Assembly (NCBI RefSeq): GCF_009914755.1
Contig: NC_060928.1
Reading direction: 5' to 3' (one strand)
Length of the DNA: 64,000 nt
DNA from: the human T2T-CHM13v2.0 reference genome, Homo sapiens
Shown here: positions 61,117 through 64,000 of the stretch, in pieces
Numbering within the stretch: the stretch's first letter is position 1
Layout: the number at the start of each line of letters is the position of its first letter
Position numbers and translations under genes: made by a program
The notes under the pieces: generated by a model
Told to the model about the DNA's origin: nothing
The model's database searches: none
Seen by the model: the letters and a program-made list of their open reading frames with translations, nothing else

Positions 61117-62669
61117 ATTAAAACATTCAGTACTGGTGAGAAGCTGTGTGTAAACTAATGACTCTCTGGATATGCAAATGCAACTTTAGTCAAGTCATTA
61201 ATGCCACTTAGGTTCAGGGTGTATATAATAGGACTAATTCAGGAACTAGTAGGCCAAGAGGTTTTATGTGATAGGCAAGCTAACAGGTTTGAAAGGAATA
61301 TAGCTTAAATGAGGATTAGTGGCTGAACTGATTACCCTGGCAGTCAAGTTCCACCTTACCAAAGCCATTTTATCTCAGTGATGATCAGTTGTAACCTGAA
61401 AAATTCTGCCCTTGAACATGAGATTGTACTTCAAATGGAAGCTCTGTTTATACTATTAGGGATGGAGCTATCACTTAGTGAAAGTGTAGTGTCTTAAGTG
61501 GTCACTGTTCTCTCAGTTTCCCAGGCTATACACCTTAGGATTGGTTTTTGTTTCCTTTGCTGTTTTCAGTGTCCCATCCCCCTTCTCCCCCCACACATAA
61601 TAATGATTAAAAATATCACATCACCAAGTCTGAGAAGTCTGGGGTTTATAGACTTCCTGAAATTAATGCAGAACTTTTGCATACATCTACATTTTTTTCT
61701 AGGTTGATAATCAGAAGCTTTCATGTTTCCTAAAGTGTCCTCTAAACCAAACAAGGCTTCCAGCCACTGACCATGTGCCCTTTGAAGGCAGGGTTCATGT
61801 TTCCTGTTTGTTGAGTATTTCCTCCATCTTTCCTGGTGCTAATTTTATGGAAGGCACATATTAAATATTTTTCAAAGAAACTAAGGTACATCCATTTATG
61901 TCTCCCACATAGGTCTGAACATTTCGGAAATGTTTGGCGAATTCCTAAGAATTGTTGTATTTATCACTTCTGTGGAAAAGTTTTCCATCCAGTGGTCTAT
62001 GTGAGGTCAGGCATCAGCCCTGTTACCACCTGCTTGCCCCTCCCCCATCCCCATCCTCCCCTCCCTAAGACCTCATGAAGAATACTGATAACACCTGAAG
62101 TGGGAGTTCCTGCTCTCACAATCTAGTTGGGGGTGGGGAGAGCTATTGCTTAATCCAGTAGCAATGTAAAGAAATAATACAAGAACTGTCACAAGGATAT
62201 GTTTCATCAGTAGTCAAACCAGTAGGTGGAGAAGGCTTAAAATGGCCTTTGGGGAATGCACAGTTACTAGTAAAGAGAGAATGAAAACTTTTGAACAGCA
62301 GTCTATTTTGTGACTTAGGCTGGTTGCATGGGATGGGAGATAACGTGTGAGATACGATTTGGGTTCCTGTATAAACTGTTAGACAATAGTAAATTGGAGA
62401 AAGAGGAAGAGAGAAAATAATTCACGAATGAAAAGCAAAATTCTGAGCTTGAGCCATCTGTAAACAGAATATGTGGAAATTCTAACTTGAGTTATTAAAA
62501 AAGTTGGTCAGCAAGATTTGAGTAGCTATTGAATGAAGGAAAATGACTGTGATTATTCAGCTCCTAACTAGATAATTGTCTTTGTTCATATTTTGAATTT
62601 CGATTCTCATTCCTGAAGAATGAATGTACAATCTGAAAAGTAACTAAATTAAAGATTTCAGTAATAACA

Positions 62670-62920
62670 GCAACAATAATAGTTTACATATATTGAATCC
62701 TTACTTTGGGCCTAATACATATTCTACATGTATTTGGTTGTTTATTTGTAACAACCACCCTCTATTGCAAGTCCGATGGAATCCCAACTTTATAGATGAG
62801 ACTGTTGTGGTATAGAGAGGTGAACTCTTTGTCCAAGTTTATTCACTTAATTAATTGTAGAGCCAGGATTCAATCTCAGGTGTTCTAACTTCAGAGCTGT
62901 GCTCTCTGATCTTGCACTAC
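62670..62920. mobile_element. MIR
   Basis: ttatagatgag..., agagaggtgaactctttgtccaag, agagccaggattcaa. Confidence 0.7.
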
Positions 62921-63016
62921 AGTTTTTAACAACACAGACAAGTACACATGGGCTACATTAAAAGGTGGATATGTAGACGCTAGCTGGGTAATTTCAGATA
63001 AACACTGAAGACAATA

Positions 63017-63193
63017 TAGATGGTCCCTGACTTACCATGATTCAGCTTACGATTTTTGACTTTTCAATGGGTTTATCGGTGTGTAACCCTGTCATAAGTC
63101 TGAGCACATCTGGACTTAAGATGTCTTATGATTCTTCAAGTTTACAGTGGGTTTGTTGCAGGGTGTAACCCCTTGTAAGTCGAGGAACATCTG
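63017..63193. mobile_element. MER47/Tigger5-like TcMar MITE
   Basis: TIR-like (c/t)agatggtccctgacttac...gtaagtcgaggaacatctg, flanked by TA. Confidence 0.7.
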
Positions 63194-63220
63194 TACATGG
63201 TAATATGAAAGAGAATGGGA

Positions 63221-63530
63221 GGCTGGTGCGGTGGTTCATGCTTGTAATCCCAGCGCTTTGGGAGGCCTAGGCAGGCGAATCACTTGAGGTCCGGAGTTTG
63301 AGACCAGCCTGGCCAACATGGTGAAACCCTGTCTCTACTAAAAATACAAAAATTAGCCAGGCATGGTAGCACACCCCTGTAATCCCAGCTACTCAGGAGG
63401 CTGAGGCAGGATAATTGCTTGAAGCCAGGAGGCGGAGGTTGCAGTAAGTGGAGCTCGCGCCACTACACTCAAGCCTGGGCAACAAAACGAGACTCCATCT
63501 CAAAAAAAAAAAATTAAAAACAAAAAGAAA
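63221..63530 (+). mobile_element. AluS
   Basis: TSD gaaagagaatggg. Confidence 0.95.
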
Positions 63531-64000
63531 GAGAATGGGTTGGAAGGGACCACTCAGGGAATGTCAGGGAAGGTGATGGCCAGAGCAGAGTCTTCAGGAG
63601 TAAGTGTAAGACTATCATGCAAATCTGGCGGAAAAGCATTCCAGGCAGAGGGAACAGAAGTGCAAAATTCCTGAGGTTGGAATGAGGCTGGAGTATTTGA
63701 AGCCAGTATGGCCGGAGTTTGTTGAGTTTGGAGGTAGTACAGTACGGGATGAGCTTGAAGATGTAGTCAGGACTCAGATGATGGGGGTGTGTGGCTCTTG
63801 TGGTCTGTTATTAGGGTGATTATTTGTTTTAGTTTACATTTGCTGCCCATTAGCCATTATTATCCTTTCACTCTCAGAAGTGTCCTGGGTTGGATGGTAA
63901 ATTATATGGATGTCTTGCTTAAAGTGTATTTTCCTAGATAAATAAAATGAGTAATAACCCTTTTTGGCCACAGTTTGTGGGCCAGATGCACAAGTAAACA

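Larger units (their letters stand above)
56391..64000 (+). other. GALNT7: GALNT7 intron 1 (continues beyond the window)
   Basis: Starts at the GTGAGT donor; no further GALNT-like coding sequence seen. Confidence 0.85.

Overview
Primate (almost certainly human) nuclear genomic DNA: about 56 kb of repeat-rich upstream sequence, then the CpG-island promoter, coding exon 1 (56265-56390) and start of intron 1 of GALNT7 (polypeptide N-acetylgalactosaminyltransferase 7), recognised from the N-terminus MRLKIGFILRSLLVVGSFLGLVVLWSSLTPRPDDPSPLSRMR. The rest is mostly transposon debris: a near-full-length degenerate L1PA with nested Alu and THE1 insertions, roughly 28 Alus, MaLR/ERV solo LTRs, hAT/Tigger MERs, L2 and MIR. 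A processed 7SL RNA pseudogene is split by a THE1 LTR. Apart from GALNT7 exon 1 and broken L1 ORF1/ORF2 pieces, the ORF track is noise. I see no evidence of a novel multi-gene system. The most interesting observations are small-scale: an 82-bp templated copy of an Alu end plus its flank 1.8 kb away, two non-tandem local duplications near 48-50 kb, Alu ends remodelled into hairpins, candidate enhancers, and signs of a bidirectional promoter. Repeat subfamily calls come from remembered consensus sequences, and boundaries without TSDs are approximate.
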